64,000 bases of DNA. Origin: a virus. The notes beneath the pieces were generated by a model. It made no database searches. It was not told the origin of the DNA and saw nothing but the letters and a program-made list of their open reading frames with translations. Both the position numbers and the translations under genes were made by a program. Below are positions 29,536 through 38,787 of this stretch, in pieces. The DNA lies in the IMG/VR virus record IMGVR_UViG_3300021141_000001, one strand, 5' to 3'. Position 1 is the first letter of the stretch; every line of letters begins with the position of its first letter.

Positions 29536-30020
29536 TACTTAATCTCTATATTTGTTAACCATTTATTTACTTGCTTTTCTGACATATCACAAATTTGTTC
29601 TTTGGTGAATCCCATTTGTGTCATAATATCAAATATCATTATTAAACAATCTGTTGATTCTAATAAGATATTATAGTTTATTTGTTCTTTAGTTTCTAAA
29701 CTTCTTTTATAGCCGGCTAATTTAAGGATTTCTGCTGACAATTCACCATATTCTTCGCCTAATTTTAAACCTCTTTCTAATATTCCTTCTTCTTCATATT
29801 GAGAAGCATTTGATACTAAATCAAAAACATAATCAATTAAAGGTTCTATTACTAAATCTTCTTTCGATACTTTACCTTTTCTTTCAAATTCTTCCATAAG
29901 AATTTCTAATATGGCAACATCATTAGATTCATCTTCTGTTAACTCTTTATGAAAAATAGACTCAAGATATTTTTGAGCTTGATTGTAGTCATAAAGTGTT
30001 TTTATAGGTTTTATTTTCAT
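29535..30020 (-). CDS. HigA-like N-terminal domain fused to MazG-like NTP pyrophosphohydrolase
   Basis: MKIKPIKTxxDYNQA...LxILMEEFE; KLGEEYGEL...ESTD. Confidence 0.6.
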   Translation of the reverse strand: MKIKPIKTLYDYNQAQKYLESIFHKELTEDESNDVAILEILMEEFERKGKVSKEDLVIEPLIDYVFDLVSNASQYEEEGILERGLKLGEEYGELSAEILKLAGYKRSLETKEQINYNILLESTDCLIMIFDIMTQMGFTKEQICDMSEKQVNKWLTNIEIK

Positions 30021-30070
30021 TTTTGAGAATTGATAATTAATATATAAAGTGTAAAAATATAAGCTTATAT

Positions 30071-30331
30071 ATGGGAATAATTAAAAAGTTTGATAGTTTT
30101 CTTAGTGAAAAATTAGTTGCGGCAGCACCTGCTCCTGTTACTACACCTACTCCTACGATTACACCAACAACACCAAAACCAAGCAGACCTGGTATTACAC
30201 CAACTGAAGTACCTTCTGAGGAAGATGCTCCTTTAGCTTCTGCTCAAAAAGTAATTGATAGATTTGAATCTGTTTATAATAATGCTTCTGATGAAGATAA
30301 AAAAGAGATTGACTCTTATTTCGAAAAATAA
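30071..30331 (+). CDS. Pro/Thr-rich small protein, tagged
   Basis: MGIIKKFDSFLSE. Confidence 0.7.
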   Translation: MGIIKKFDSFLSEKLVAAAPAPVTTPTPTITPTTPKPSRPGITPTEVPSEEDAPLASAQKVIDRFESVYNNASDEDKKEIDSYFEK

Positions 30332-30339
30332 TTTTAACT

Positions 30340-32079
30340 ATGAAAAATTTTGAACAATTTATAAAAGAAGAAGTTGATTTAAGAGGCAATACTGGTGTTC
30401 CTGATGACTTTATGAGAAAGTCTGATGAAGAAGCTAGAAAGAATCTAGGTGTTAGACCAGATGACGAGTCTCAAATGAGAAATCTTTGGCCCTCTTTTGA
30501 AGGTGCTATGAGACAATCTCAACAAATTTTATCAACAGGTCCTAATGGACAAAGATTATCCCAACAAGAAGTACAAGAAAGAATTACTAAACTAGAAAAA
30601 CTTGCTGAAAAAGTAGTAAGAGATCAATTTGATGAAATTTTAGATGCTTCTATTAAGCCAATTGAATTAGATATTAAATTAGTACCGATGGGTTCTGTTA
30701 ATAGAGAAATTGAAGATATTAATCAAGTTCCTCAACAAGCTAAACAGCCTACTGAAGAAGAACAAGAAGAACAAGATGAGAGAGATGAGGAAAATCAAGA
30801 ACAAGAAGAACAAACACCTGAAGAAAGAATGGAAGGTGAAGAAACACCAGGAACTGATTTAGTTGCTGCTGTTGAAAAGAAGAAAATTCTTAATATGATT
30901 ACTCAAGCCGCTGGTAAATCTACAAAAGATATTATTAGAGCTTCTGATATTGTTGATGAAGGATTACAGCAAATTTTTGGTGATGGTTATAGAACAATAT
31001 TGAACTTATGGGTTCAAATGTCTGACATTGCTGATAAAATGGATTGGGTTATTCCAATTGATAGAAAAGCAGGTATGATGAAAAATGCGCCGGGTGGTAT
31101 GGCTGGTGCTGTTCAAGTTAAATGGGAAAGTTTTTCAGGTAACTTATATAATATGAACTTTCTTTTAGAAAAAGAAGCTACTAAAATAGTTATTAAATCT
31201 ACAGGTGTTGATTTTCCAATGCTGATTCATGAAACAATTAAAGGTATATTCCTTTTCTTACAGTCTGGTGCTATCAAAAAAGATAAAAAAACAGCGGAGA
31301 TAGTTAAAAAAGCTACTTCATCTTTTATGGATGAGGCTCAAGATTTTAGATATGGTCCTCCAGCTTTACAAATGTTATTACTTTTTGTAAATAAATTCTC
31401 TGAATCTGGTGATTATAAAAGATTAGAAGCCAGAGTATTTACAATGCTGGCTGTTGATAAAGAAAGAGCTATGTCAGAAGCTAAAAATGCTCCTGAAGAA
31501 CATAAAGAACTTTTACAAAAGAAAGCCAATATTGCTAGAACGGATAAAGAATTCTTAGATATTATGAAAAGTATATTCTCAGTATTTGATAGTGTTGAAA
31601 GAGGTGGTAAAATTGAATTCACTGTTAATGAGGAAAAATTCAATACATCTTTGGCTAAAAGAGAAGTTAAAAAGATAATCGATTATATTGTTGAAGATAT
31701 TGAAGATTATAAGAGAGAAATTGAAGAGTGGGAACAAGAACAAAGAGAAAGAGAAGAAGAGTCTAAATATCGTCAAGATGATGAACCTAGTCAATCAGGA
31801 GATGATGAATTTGCTAAACCTGATGAGGCTGAGTCCGATCTTGATGCTTTGATTAAGAAAAGTTTATATGGTGGTGAAGAAGAAAAAGAAACTGGAGAAG
31901 TTGACTATTCCGAATTAACTCAAAGAGAATTACAAGAGTTAATTGACGACGCTTTAGATGCCGGTGATTATAAGAGAGTTCAAATGTTAGCTCAGTATAT
32001 GAAAGAAGGTAAAGAAATTTATCTGAAGGAATTAGAAAGAATTAATGAAGGTCATATCTTTCATACAAGAAGAAATTAA
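30340..32079 (+). CDS. Large tagged protein with C-terminal IDEAL-like motif
   Basis: MKNFEQFIKEE; LIDDALDAGDY. Confidence 0.65.
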   Translation: MKNFEQFIKEEVDLRGNTGVPDDFMRKSDEEARKNLGVRPDDESQMRNLWPSFEGAMRQSQQILSTGPNGQRLSQQEVQERITKLEKLAEKVVRDQFDEILDASIKPIELDIKLVPMGSVNREIEDINQVPQQAKQPTEEEQEEQDERDEENQEQEEQTPEERMEGEETPGTDLVAAVEKKKILNMITQAAGKSTKDIIRASDIVDEGLQQIFGDGYRTILNLWVQMSDIADKMDWVIPIDRKAGMMKNAPGGMAGAVQVKWESFSGNLYNMNFLLEKEATKIVIKSTGVDFPMLIHETIKGIFLFLQSGAIKKDKKTAEIVKKATSSFMDEAQDFRYGPPALQMLLLFVNKFSESGDYKRLEARVFTMLAVDKERAMSEAKNAPEEHKELLQKKANIARTDKEFLDIMKSIFSVFDSVERGGKIEFTVNEEKFNTSLAKREVKKIIDYIVEDIEDYKREIEEWEQEQREREEESKYRQDDEPSQSGDDEFAKPDEAESDLDALIKKSLYGGEEEKETGEVDYSELTQRELQELIDDALDAGDYKRVQMLAQYMKEGKEIYLKELERINEGHIFHTRRN

Positions 32080-32085
32080 TAAGAA

Positions 32086-34041
32086 ATGAAATTATTTAAG
32101 TATAACCAATTTTTAGGTGATAAACCGTTAAACGAAAATCTTGATAAGGCTAAAAAGTTCTTAAAAGATACATATCTATTAACACAAGCCGCTACTAATT
32201 TAGGATTTATTGAAGGTGAATTAAAAGCTCAATTAGACCATAAAGAAAAAAGAAGTTTAGTTTTAGGTGATTTTACACCAGAACAACAAGCTGAAATCAG
32301 ATTAAAGTTAAGAGAACTTAGATTAAAAGATGATGAAGTTAGAACTATTGAAAGAAATTCAGACTTCTTAAAAATTAGAGAGTTACTTGGACAACAATAT
32401 ATTGGTTGGACTTATCCTTTTACTTATTTTTATTTTGCTGAAATGGTTTCTTTAGAAGAGTTATTCACAAATGAAGGAAGTTTATTAAATAAATTAATTG
32501 AATATAAAGGTTTATTGGATAAATTGCCTAAGAAATTTGATCAAAACTTTATTGATGTAAATATTCCAAATAATGCTGAGATTCTTATTGATGGATTAGA
32601 TTCATTAGAAGATTATAGAAAGATTAAGAAAGTAATTGATAAATTAACTAATGTTCTAAAGAAAGATTACAATGATTCACCTGAAGTTATTAAAGGACAA
32701 TTTGCTGAAGTAGCAAGAGGGTTTGAACAATTAGGTGGTACTGATGAGGTCAAGAAAGAAAAACTTTGGAAGTCATTCTTTGGTGAAGTTAGAACTATTG
32801 AAAATGACCAAGTTATTCACGGTAAAGCTTATAAGAAAGGTGATAAAAGATATTTTGGACCACTTAGTAGATATACTAACATTAGAGAGTTTATTAAGGC
32901 GGCTCAGAATTATTTGAAATCATCAGAGAATGAAACAATCATTGCTTTCTATGATAAGATTAATACTTGTAATGAAAAATATGGTTTTCTAGGAGCTGAT
33001 ACAGTTTATGAAGAAAATGGTATCTTAATTATTGAAGTTAAGTCATTCCAAGCTAACCAATTCTTAAATGGTCACACAAGACACTGTATTAAAGATTATT
33101 CTTCTCAGTGGGAAAACTATGTGTCTTCACATAATAACAAACAATATTATATTTATAACTTTAATATTCCTCAATATGATAACTTCTCAACAATAGGTAT
33201 TACAATTGAACCAGGACAAAAAATTAGAGCTTGTCACGCTAAAGATGATGCTGGTATATCTGGTTCAATCAAAGGTATTCTTAAAAAATGGGAAGGTGAG
33301 TATGATATTAAAGATGATCTTTTTGCTGAACTTAAACCTATGACTGACGAAGAAATTAGAAGAAGAGAAAGAGCTAAGATTGCTGAAAGAGAAATCATTA
33401 AGAAGGGTCTTACAATTGATCTAATTAAACAATATGTTAAAGAAGATGGTGCTAATATCAATAAGGATAATTGTGTAGCTCTTTTACATGCTGTTGAAGA
33501 AAACAATCACGAAAAAGCTAAAGTTATTTTAGAATTAGGTGGTTCACCAAACTTGAGAAGTAAGGCAGATGCTATTATTAACAAAGCACAAGATTTAGAT
33601 ATGATTAAATTATTAGTATCTAATGGTTCTGAATTAACAGGTGAGGTATTTAATAACATTTGTAATGATCTTGAAGCGGTTGAATATTGTTTGAAACAAG
33701 GATTAGATCCTAACTTTGATAACTCACTTCCTATTAGAAGATGTTGTAAAGGTGGATGGAAATCTAAAGACGATATTGGAGAGGGTTACTATGATGTATT
33801 CCAATTACTTGTTAAGTATGGTGCTAAACTAGCTGATGAAGGTGGTAGAAATATGGCTATCAAATGGGCGGCTGAATATGGTAGATTAAACTTTATTGAT
33901 TATATGCTTGAGAAAGGTGTTAAAACTGGATTCAAAGCGGCTTTAAGTTGGTTGAAACATAGTAGAAAAATTCCAGACGATAAGAAAGCAATTACAATTG
34001 CTTATCTTGAAAATAAGATTAAAGAATACGGAGACGTATAA
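32086..34041 (+). CDS. Ankyrin-repeat protein, tagged
   Basis: GANIN..ALLHAVE, LLVSNG, LLVKYGA, WAAEYGRL repeats. Confidence 0.75.
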   Translation: MKLFKYNQFLGDKPLNENLDKAKKFLKDTYLLTQAATNLGFIEGELKAQLDHKEKRSLVLGDFTPEQQAEIRLKLRELRLKDDEVRTIERNSDFLKIRELLGQQYIGWTYPFTYFYFAEMVSLEELFTNEGSLLNKLIEYKGLLDKLPKKFDQNFIDVNIPNNAEILIDGLDSLEDYRKIKKVIDKLTNVLKKDYNDSPEVIKGQFAEVARGFEQLGGTDEVKKEKLWKSFFGEVRTIENDQVIHGKAYKKGDKRYFGPLSRYTNIREFIKAAQNYLKSSENETIIAFYDKINTCNEKYGFLGADTVYEENGILIIEVKSFQANQFLNGHTRHCIKDYSSQWENYVSSHNNKQYYIYNFNIPQYDNFSTIGITIEPGQKIRACHAKDDAGISGSIKGILKKWEGEYDIKDDLFAELKPMTDEEIRRRERAKIAEREIIKKGLTIDLIKQYVKEDGANINKDNCVALLHAVEENNHEKAKVILELGGSPNLRSKADAIINKAQDLDMIKLLVSNGSELTGEVFNNICNDLEAVEYCLKQGLDPNFDNSLPIRRCCKGGWKSKDDIGEGYYDVFQLLVKYGAKLADEGGRNMAIKWAAEYGRLNFIDYMLEKGVKTGFKAALSWLKHSRKIPDDKKAITIAYLENKIKEYGDV

Positions 34042-34044
34042 CAA

Positions 34045-34070
34045 AAAACCCACTTAATTGAGTGGGTTTT
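34045..34070. terminator. Bidirectional terminator, CCCAC family
   Basis: AAAACCCACTTAATTGAGTGGGTTTT. Confidence 0.75.
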
Positions 34071-34779
34071 GTTTTTCTAATACTTTATAGATTAAATAAG
34101 CGTCATTAACATCTTCATAAGGTTTTGGTATAACTGAGATAGATAAAACATCTGATTGTGATAATTTACAATGTTTTGCCCAGAAATCATTTAAGTCATT
34201 ATTCTCAATAATAGCTCTAAACATTTCAGGTTTTTGAAATTTTCCGCCAGATATACCCATTGTATTTCTCCAAATAAATTCTTGTCTTGGTTTTTTACCA
34301 CCAATCTCTTTAATAATAGGAGGATAAGTTAATTTACAAGATTCTAATTTAAGTGTTGATGGTGAAAGAACTGTTATATCTTCTGATATCTTATCAAATA
34401 GTTTCTTTCTTAAAAGTGTTGAGAATGTAACTAAGTCAATAATATCGCCAGCTGTTGATGAGAATGAATAACCTTCAATTCCAACTTTTGTTGGTTTAGT
34501 AGGATTAATATTATCTAAAATATCTTTAATAATATCGTCAGTAATTTTATCATAATCTTTAAGTTTAGTAAGTTCTCCTTCAGAGTAATCTTCAAATTCT
34601 CTGTATTCAATAAACTTATAAGTTACATATTGTTCAGCCATTTTGAACCATTTTTTGATTCCGGTTTTACCAAATGCTGATGATTCTCTACAATAGTTAA
34701 ACATCTTGAAAGTGTCGCCAGAAGTGACTACAAGAGCTGTAGAGATAAGTGATGGATCAATTGCGACAATATTATACAT
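34054..34779 (-). CDS. RuvC-like Holliday junction resolvase
   Basis: IVAIDPS, VGIEGYS, DVNDAY acidic set; ATG at 34779. Confidence 0.7.
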   Translation of the reverse strand: MYNIVAIDPSLISTALVVTSGDTFKMFNYCRESSAFGKTGIKKWFKMAEQYVTYKFIEYREFEDYSEGELTKLKDYDKITDDIIKDILDNINPTKPTKVGIEGYSFSSTAGDIIDLVTFSTLLRKKLFDKISEDITVLSPSTLKLESCKLTYPPIIKEIGGKKPRQEFIWRNTMGISGGKFQKPEMFRAIIENNDLNDFWAKHCKLSQSDVLSISVIPKPYEDVNDAYLIYKVLEKQNPLN

Positions 34780-34818
34780 AAATCTATATAGTAACAATTC
34801 ATGTTTACCATCTTTTTA

Positions 34819-34849
34819 TTTGACAATTGAAATATATTCCTTATATTTG
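34819..34849 (+). promoter_or_regulatory. Bacteroidota sigmaA-type promoter
   Basis: TTTG-N19-TATATTTG. Confidence 0.7.
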
Positions 34850-34880
34850 TATTATAAATAAATCATTAAATCACTACAAA

Positions 34881-35333
34881 ATGAACGGAAGAAAACTTAA
34901 AAACTCAGATGCTCTTAAATTTATCTTTGCTGGTAAATCAATTGTTACATTCTTAAACACTAAGACTGGTAATCGTTTTACCTTTAAGACTAAAGCCGCT
35001 AAAGACTCTAATATGTTTTTTGTTAGTGTTTTGAATGGTCCTGAGAACTGGGCTTATATTGGAACTTGTATTGAAGGTAAATTCAGACATGGTAGAAAAT
35101 CTAATATTTCTCAAGATGCTCAGTCTGTAAAAGTATTTGATTTTGTTTTGGCTAAACTTGTGGCTGGTACTTTACCAGAGTTTGTTGAAGTTTGGCACGA
35201 GGGATGCTGTGGTAAATGTGGTAAGAGATTAACAGTTCCTTCTTCTATTGAGAATGGTCTTGGCCCAGAGTGTATTAAAACTCTTACTAAAATGGAAAAG
35301 AGAGATAAATTCTTACAATTAATTTTAGGATAA
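34881..35333 (+). CDS. DUF6011-like zinc-finger protein
   Basis: CGKCGKRLTVPSSIENGLGPEC; ATG 34881 lies downstream of the promoter. Confidence 0.7.
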   Translation: MNGRKLKNSDALKFIFAGKSIVTFLNTKTGNRFTFKTKAAKDSNMFFVSVLNGPENWAYIGTCIEGKFRHGRKSNISQDAQSVKVFDFVLAKLVAGTLPEFVEVWHEGCCGKCGKRLTVPSSIENGLGPECIKTLTKMEKRDKFLQLILG

Positions 35334-35334
35334 T

Positions 35335-35799
35335 ATGTCAATTATATTTTCGTTAATACCATTTATTTTCATAATCTATTATACGATTATGGTTAAGAAT
35401 ACTAAGTATGTTACTATGGATCTAAGAAATGGTGAAATGTGTTACTGTTGTAAGGGTAAGATTGAAATGGATAGAAATGATGTCTTGTACAATATATTAA
35501 ACAATGTAACAAACTATCGTATTTGTAAAGCTTGCCAACGTGATGAAAAATTAGATGAAATTGTAAATCACAGTAAATTATCTAAAATAAACAAATTCAA
35601 GTTTTTTTTAATTTCTGAAAAATATGATAAGTTTGCCAGATACTTACTTTTTTCTTTAGTCATTTTAGTATTTTTAGACATTACGTTAAAAATAGTATTT
35701 GATATTAAGTGGTTCAGTCCTATTTACAATTTATATTTAGTCTGTTATTGGTTATTATTAATCTATCGACACAAACTTATATCCACAAAAAAACCCTAA
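35335..35799 (+). CDS. Membrane protein with CxxC pairs
   Basis: Three hydrophobic segments, CYCC/CKAC. Confidence 0.6.
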   Translation: MSIIFSLIPFIFIIYYTIMVKNTKYVTMDLRNGEMCYCCKGKIEMDRNDVLYNILNNVTNYRICKACQRDEKLDEIVNHSKLSKINKFKFFLISEKYDKFARYLLFSLVILVFLDITLKIVFDIKWFSPIYNLYLVCYWLLLIYRHKLISTKKP

Positions 35800-35819
35800 G
35801 ATTTCTCTTAGGGTTTTTT
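35787..35819. terminator. Bidirectional terminator
   Basis: AAAAAACCCTAAGA...TCTTAGGGTTTTTT. Confidence 0.8.
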
Positions 35820-35824
35820 CATTA

Positions 35825-35863
35825 AGGGCCGATCGGATTCGAAACCGTTCAGATTCCACCACC
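35825..35863 (-). pseudogene. Possible tRNA 3'-half remnant
   Basis: GC-rich island reading CGGTTTCGAATCCGATCGGCCCT (T-arm-like plus acceptor-like strand); no 5' half found. Confidence 0.3.
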
Positions 35864-36082
35864 TTATTTTTCTAAACAAGGAAACTTATTTCTCTCGATA
35901 TAATTAATTATACCTCGGATAAATAACTCTTTTATTACAGACTCACAAGTAAATGTTTTATCTGAATAAAATTCAATGTTATTTCTAACATTATCCATTC
36001 CAACTTTATATAGGATATCGTCAGAAAAGTTTTTATTTTCCACATTTCTTTCTAATAAAAGAGAGTTAATCATATGTTTCAT
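35864..36082 (-). CDS. Hypothetical protein
   Basis: 72-aa ORF. Confidence 0.5.
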   Translation of the reverse strand: MKHMINSLLLERNVENKNFSDDILYKVGMDNVRNNIEFYSDKTFTCESVIKELFIRGIINYIERNKFPCLEK

Positions 36083-36103
36083 TGGAATGGATTGTTATTT
36101 TTT

Positions 36104-36274
36104 TTACTTTGCTTTACCTTCTTCAGTAGAAGCCGCTCTATAAGCTGTAACTAATTTCTTAATTTCACCTAAAGCTTTTCTTGCTCTTGAGTCTGATACT
36201 TTACTTGTAGCATTGTGATTAGCTTCAAATTCAACCCAAAGTTTTGTCAATTGTTCGAAAATTTCTTGTTTCAT
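36104..36274 (-). CDS. Histone H1-like (Hc1-family) protein, not in ORF track
   Basis: MKQEIFEQLTKLWVEFEANHNATSKVSDSRARKALGEIKKLVTAYRAASTEEGKAK; RARKA..E.K....R..S signature. Confidence 0.75.
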   Translation of the reverse strand: MKQEIFEQLTKLWVEFEANHNATSKVSDSRARKALGEIKKLVTAYRAASTEEGKAK

Positions 36275-36326
36275 TTTATTTCATTTATTTTTGTAATCCC
36301 TTAATATTAAAGGGATTTAGTTTTTA

Positions 36327-37565
36327 TTATCCAAAGATATCATCTGCGTCAGCCGCATCTGTAAATCCGTTTGTATCTTCATCATCTTCATCATCTCCGA
36401 TTACACTATTAAATTGCTTCTCAACATCTTCAATTTCATCCAATGATCTAAATCTGAAATAATCATTTACAATTGGTGCCATTTTTTCAAGAACTTCTTG
36501 AGTAAATACCTCAGATGAGAATAATTGTTTTGTTGTAACTGATTTATTTAGATGATTTATATACCATCTGAGACCACCCGGAATGAAAGTCATTTCTCCT
36601 GTTTTCTTATCAACCTCCATTTTACCTTTGGCGATACCAATTTTTTCAAAATATTCTGGACGACAAAAAGCATCTAAACCAGTATAAGGATTTAATCCAT
36701 TTAGAAAAGAGATATCAAATCTAATTTTCTTAGGTTTGGCTAAACGGTTCTTTTGAGTTTTGAATAAGACTGAAATACCTGATTGACCTAAATCCATATC
36801 ATCTTCTTCACCAGTTTTTAATTTAGATTTAGATAGAAAACCTAAAACTGAAGCTGAATAAACTAGACCCATACCACCCTTACTGATTTCGCGTGGAAAA
36901 AGATCTTGTGTTAAGTATGTGTGATTACAACAAACCATTGGGATATCTAAGTATCCAAGATCAGAACTAATACTTCTAAAAAGAGCATTTAATTGTTTAG
37001 CTCTAGTCATATCTTGCTTCATATCACCTTTTAGTAAGTCTGCTTTTTCTTTGTTAGAAGACATCATACCAATAGAATCTAATACTATTAAAATCTTTGG
37101 AATTTCATATCCTGACATTTTTTGATTTTTTAATTCATCTAGTAATTGTGTTAATGTGATATTTATATCTTCAACTTTATTAGATCTAATTAATCTGAAT
37201 TTTTCCGGTGAGTTATCAATTCCCATTTTAGCTATACCCTCAATATCTATTGAGTTCTCAGTATCAATGTATATCACACTATAATCTTGTTTTCTTTGAG
37301 CTGATTTACATATAGAGTAAGCGATAAATGACTTACCTGCTCCAGATTCTCCTAGAAGTCCAAATATCCTACCTCCTAAAATACCACCACCTACTAATTT
37401 TGCGGAAAGTGCCGCATCTAAAAGATAATTTCCAGTTGATATATAATTTCTTTCCTTTAGTTCCTTCTCGATTAGAATTGGAGTTGATTTTGCTATATTA
37501 TCTAATATAGTTCCTACCTTACTAAATTCAAATCTTTTTACTTCTTTTTTCTCTTGCTTTGCCAT
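36327..37565 (-). CDS. recA: RecA/UvsX recombinase
   Basis: ISTG, GESGAGKS, YIDTE, VLDS, GG.GLVYSAS, KNR. Confidence 0.9.
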   Translation of the reverse strand: MAKQEKKEVKRFEFSKVGTILDNIAKSTPILIEKELKERNYISTGNYLLDAALSAKLVGGGILGGRIFGLLGESGAGKSFIAYSICKSAQRKQDYSVIYIDTENSIDIEGIAKMGIDNSPEKFRLIRSNKVEDINITLTQLLDELKNQKMSGYEIPKILIVLDSIGMMSSNKEKADLLKGDMKQDMTRAKQLNALFRSISSDLGYLDIPMVCCNHTYLTQDLFPREISKGGMGLVYSASVLGFLSKSKLKTGEEDDMDLGQSGISVLFKTQKNRLAKPKKIRFDISFLNGLNPYTGLDAFCRPEYFEKIGIAKGKMEVDKKTGEMTFIPGGLRWYINHLNKSVTTKQLFSSEVFTQEVLEKMAPIVNDYFRFRSLDEIEDVEKQFNSVIGDDEDDEDTNGFTDAADADDIFG

Positions 37566-37604
37566 TTTTTTAATTAATTTTTATACTTTATATATTAATA
37601 TTAC

Positions 37605-37663
37605 ATTTCCCCCTTTTGTTATTTTTCAATAATTTTTACATTATTATTCTAAAAGGGGGAAAT
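37605..37663. repeat. 13-bp perfect inverted repeat in divergent promoter region
   Basis: ATTTCCCCCTTTT (37605-37617) / AAAAGGGGGAAAT (37651-37663). Confidence 0.85.
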
Positions 37664-37683
37664 AATTATTTTATATATAACAT

Positions 37684-38754
37684 ATGACTAAAAAAGAATT
37701 TTTGAATAGAGCAAGAGATATTCATGGTTATAAATATCAATATCCAAACTTATCTGACAAGGTATTATCAAATGATGATATTGATATTATCTATAACGGT
37801 GTTCTATATAGACAGAAGGTGGTTAAACATATTCTACTTGGTAGATGTCCGGAAAAGAATACACCAACTAAAACAACTGAACAATTTATATCAGAAGCTA
37901 AAGAAGTATGGGGTGATAAATATGACTATTCATTATCTGAATATAGTGGAGCTTTAAATAAAGTTAAAATTATATATGATGGTATTATATTTGAACAAGT
38001 AGCTATTTCACATTTGAAAAAAATGGCACCTGAAGATAATTCAAATCAAGAGTTTTTTATTAAAAAATCAAAAGATAAGTGGGGAGATAAATATGACTAT
38101 TCACTTGTTGATTATGTGAATTGTAAAACCAAGGTTAAGATAATATACAATGGAGATATATATGAGCAAACTCCAAATGGTCACTTATCTAACGCACCTG
38201 AAAAGATAAAATATTCTATTAGAAAAACTACAGAACAATTTATAAAAGAATCAAACATTATACATGATAATAAATTTATTTATGATAAAACAAATTATGT
38301 CAAAAATCAAATAAAAGTTACTATTACTTGTCCTATACATGGTGATTTTACACAAAGACCACTTTCGCACTTACAAGGAAATGGATGTTCTAACTGTAAT
38401 GAATCAAGAGGTGAAAAAGAAATTTCAAAATTTCTTAATAAACATGATATAAATTATAATAGACAACATAAATTTTCAGACTGTAAAAATATATTCCAAC
38501 TACCTTTCGACTTTTATATTCCTTCTATTAGGACGTGTATAGAGTTTGATGGAGAGCAACATTTTTTACCTTTATCTTTTTTTGGTGGTCAAGAAGCTCT
38601 TGATAAATTAAAGATTAATGATAAAATTAAATCTGATTATTGCGAGGATAATTATATTAGTCTAATTAGGATTAGGTATGACCAAATTGATGATATTTGG
38701 AGAATACTTTGGGATAATTTGAAGACACATATTAAAACAAAAAAGACCATTTAA
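37684..38754 (+). CDS. Free-standing putative homing endonuclease (DUF723-like repeats + Vsr/PD-(D/E)xK domain)
   Basis: Repeats TTEQFI..WGDKYDYS, CPIHG, C-terminal LPFDFY..IEFDGEQHF. Confidence 0.75.
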   Translation: MTKKEFLNRARDIHGYKYQYPNLSDKVLSNDDIDIIYNGVLYRQKVVKHILLGRCPEKNTPTKTTEQFISEAKEVWGDKYDYSLSEYSGALNKVKIIYDGIIFEQVAISHLKKMAPEDNSNQEFFIKKSKDKWGDKYDYSLVDYVNCKTKVKIIYNGDIYEQTPNGHLSNAPEKIKYSIRKTTEQFIKESNIIHDNKFIYDKTNYVKNQIKVTITCPIHGDFTQRPLSHLQGNGCSNCNESRGEKEISKFLNKHDINYNRQHKFSDCKNIFQLPFDFYIPSIRTCIEFDGEQHFLPLSFFGGQEALDKLKINDKIKSDYCEDNYISLIRIRYDQIDDIWRILWDNLKTHIKTKKTI

Positions 38755-38769
38755 ACTGGTCTTTTTTGT
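38738..38769. terminator. Bidirectional terminator
   Basis: CAAAAAAGACCA...TGGTCTTTTTTG. Confidence 0.75.
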
Positions 38770-38787
38770 TATTAAATTTTTTTATAA

